DNA of 64,000 nt from an uncultured Anaerolinea sp. (GTDB lineage Bacteria; Chloroflexota; Anaerolineae; Anaerolineales; Villigracilaceae): contig CAYRBO010000016.1 of NCBI GenBank assembly GCA_964422545.1, positions 15,794 to 79,793 of the forward strand. Direction: 5' to 3'. How positions within the stretch are numbered: the stretch's first letter is position 1; the number at the start of each line of letters is the position of its first letter. Positions 62,882 to 64,000 of this stretch are shown in pieces. The notes beneath the pieces were generated by a model. It saw nothing but the letters and a program-made list of their open reading frames with translations. It ran no database searches and was not told where the DNA came from. The position numbers were made by a program, and so were the translations under genes.

Positions 62882-64000
62882 ATGACCGATTTACGGAAAT
62901 TGCTCGCCATCCCATCCAGCCGCCTCGATGCCATCAACGCCGTCCTGCTCGACCCCGATTTAAAAGTCGTCAACAATTTTCTCGAAGTGGTTGCCAAATA
63001 CGGCACGCCCGAGGAAATCAATCGCAAGCACCGCGAGGCGCGTAAACTGGAAAATCTGATGAAACAGGTCGAGGAGCGCGCGCCAGGCCACATCGCCGAC
63101 CTGAAGTGGCTGATGGAGCAGCGCGACAAAGGCGCTTTTGTCTCTGTGGCCGATTATCGGCGCAACCTGCTCGGCCCAAAGGCCGATTCTATGCAATTCA
63201 AGGATGAATTTGCCGTCACGCTCGAAGTCTCGGCTTTGCAATACTTCCCCTGGGTGCGCGAAATGTGCGAGCGAGCCATCCAGAACAAAACGTTGGTTCC
63301 AGGGCGTTTCATCGCCGTCCGCAAGATGAAAGAATCCGAATTAGATGGCGACCTGCCTGCCATCGTGGCCGCGCTCGACATCATCGGCGCCTCGTTCGTC
63401 GAAACGCTCGACACCAAAGGCACCGACGGCTCGAACCCGCACCTGGGCGGCCCGGCCACCATCACCGGCTACTTTGGCGGCATTGGCCAGCCCAACGAAC
63501 ACGCCTTGATGTGGCTGGATGAGTTCCTGTACTATTACACCAACTTCGGCGTCCAGCATGTGTTGAACTTTAACGCAGGAACGATTCTGCTGGGCTTCCT
63601 GCTCTACAAACTGGGCGTAGATATCAACTTCAAGATTTCGGTCTTTTTCGGTTCCGACAATCCCTATCACGCCCTGTGGATTATGATGGCCGCCAAACTG
63701 TTCAGCCGTGACGATGGCACTTCTCCGCTGATTGGCTTCAACTGGTCGAACTCGGTCAATAACCAGACGATGGAACTGACCGCCCAGTACCGAAAAGCGC
63801 TCGGCTTCGAGGAGGTGGTGCGCTTCGAGCATCACATTACCGAAACCTGGAAGAGCATTGTCGTCCAGCCTTATGACCGGCGCGCCGAGCTGGTGCAACT
63901 GGCCGACCACGTCGCCAACATCAGCGCCAAGCACGAGGGCGGCCTGCCGGAGACGGAACAGACCCGCGCGCACCCCTCCGATATTCTCGATTACTTCCGC
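62882..64000 (+). CDS. Conserved hypothetical protein, 3'-truncated by the window edge (not in the supplied ORF track)
   Basis: ATG at 62882 preceded by GGAGG (4-nt spacer). Open frame to the end of the window (MTDLRKLLAIPSSRLDAINAVLLDP...HPSDILDYFR) with GC3-rich codon usage matching neighbours. The track's 63341..63973 minus ORF is its antisense shadow. Confidence 0.5.
   Translation, partial: MTDLRKLLAIPSSRLDAINAVLLDPDLKVVNNFLEVVAKYGTPEEINRKHREARKLENLMKQVEERAPGHIADLKWLMEQRDKGAFVSVADYRRNLLGPKADSMQFKDEFAVTLEVSALQYFPWVREMCERAIQNKTLVPGRFIAVRKMKESELDGDLPAIVAALDIIGASFVETLDTKGTDGSNPHLGGPATITGYFGGIGQPNEHALMWLDEFLYYYTNFGVQHVLNFNAGTILLGFLLYKLGVDINFKISVFFGSDNPYHALWIMMAAKLFSRDDGTSPLIGFNWSNSVNNQTMELTAQYRKALGFEEVVRFEHHITETWKSIVVQPYDRRAELVQLADHVANISAKHEGGLPETEQTRAHPSDILDYFR

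Noticed and set aside
63341-63973. 210-aa minus-strand ORF at the right edge
   Set aside because: Antisense to the better-supported plus-strand partial gene starting at 62882 (strong RBS, host-like codon usage).
1-64000. Searched for CRISPR arrays, rRNA genes, IS/transposase, integrase and prophage structural genes
   Set aside because: No regularly spaced direct repeats with unique spacers. No rRNA-like conserved blocks. No DDE/tyrosine recombinase or capsid/terminase-like ORFs. The only mobile-DNA signatures are the short repeat families and the tRNA 3'-end duplication.

Overview
High-GC (~60%) bacterial chromosomal segment. The gene content, and a tryptophan T-box leader in front of a complete trpEGDCFBA operon, fit a Chloroflexi (Anaerolineae-like) organism; that assignment is inference. 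Positions 1-18610 are an rhs polymorphic-toxin locus on the minus strand. It holds one full-length signal-peptide Rhs protein (~2430-2530 aa) with a glycine-zipper C-terminal tip and its small membrane immunity gene. Downstream of that are five orphan Rhs C-terminal cassettes, each reusing the same ~300-bp core sequence (...RYTAWGEVRYTWGSTPTDYTYTGQYSNVP...PVRYNDPSGH) and each carrying a different tip. The tips are an alpha/beta-hydrolase GxSxG domain, an HExxH zinc-metallopeptidase domain, two unknown domains, and a disrupted glycine-zipper paralog. Each cassette is followed by a low-GC small ORF that looks like an immunity gene (lipoproteins, membrane proteins, one CPBP/Abi protease). A ~230-280-bp repeat with a 17-bp imperfect hairpin sits at the 5' junction of two of the orphan cassettes. 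The locus is bordered by a degraded FGE-sulfatase remnant and a tRNA-Arg. The remaining 45 kb is core genome: a Na+-translocating methylmalonyl-CoA decarboxylase cluster, an AAC(6')-I-like GNAT, the trp operon, flotillin, PriA, a Ser/Thr kinase, LCP, VanW, a HerA-like ATPase, tRNA-Met and tRNA-Gly, Rrf2, TauE, NERD, NfeD, LipA, a NurA-like nuclease, SIMPL, DUF2202, PanB and one unlisted partial ORF at the right edge. The core genes carry several short repeat families: heptamer GCAGAAT hairpins in three trp intercistronic gaps, AACGGAT repeats (one as an in-frame insertion in trpF), an in-frame palindromic mini-element in both trpC and priA, CAGTNNN heptamer arrays resembling cyanobacterial STRRs, and a tandem duplication of the tRNA-Met 3' end. 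No CRISPR array, rRNA, IS element, integrase or prophage is visible. Many six-frame ORFs are antisense artefacts of the high GC content.
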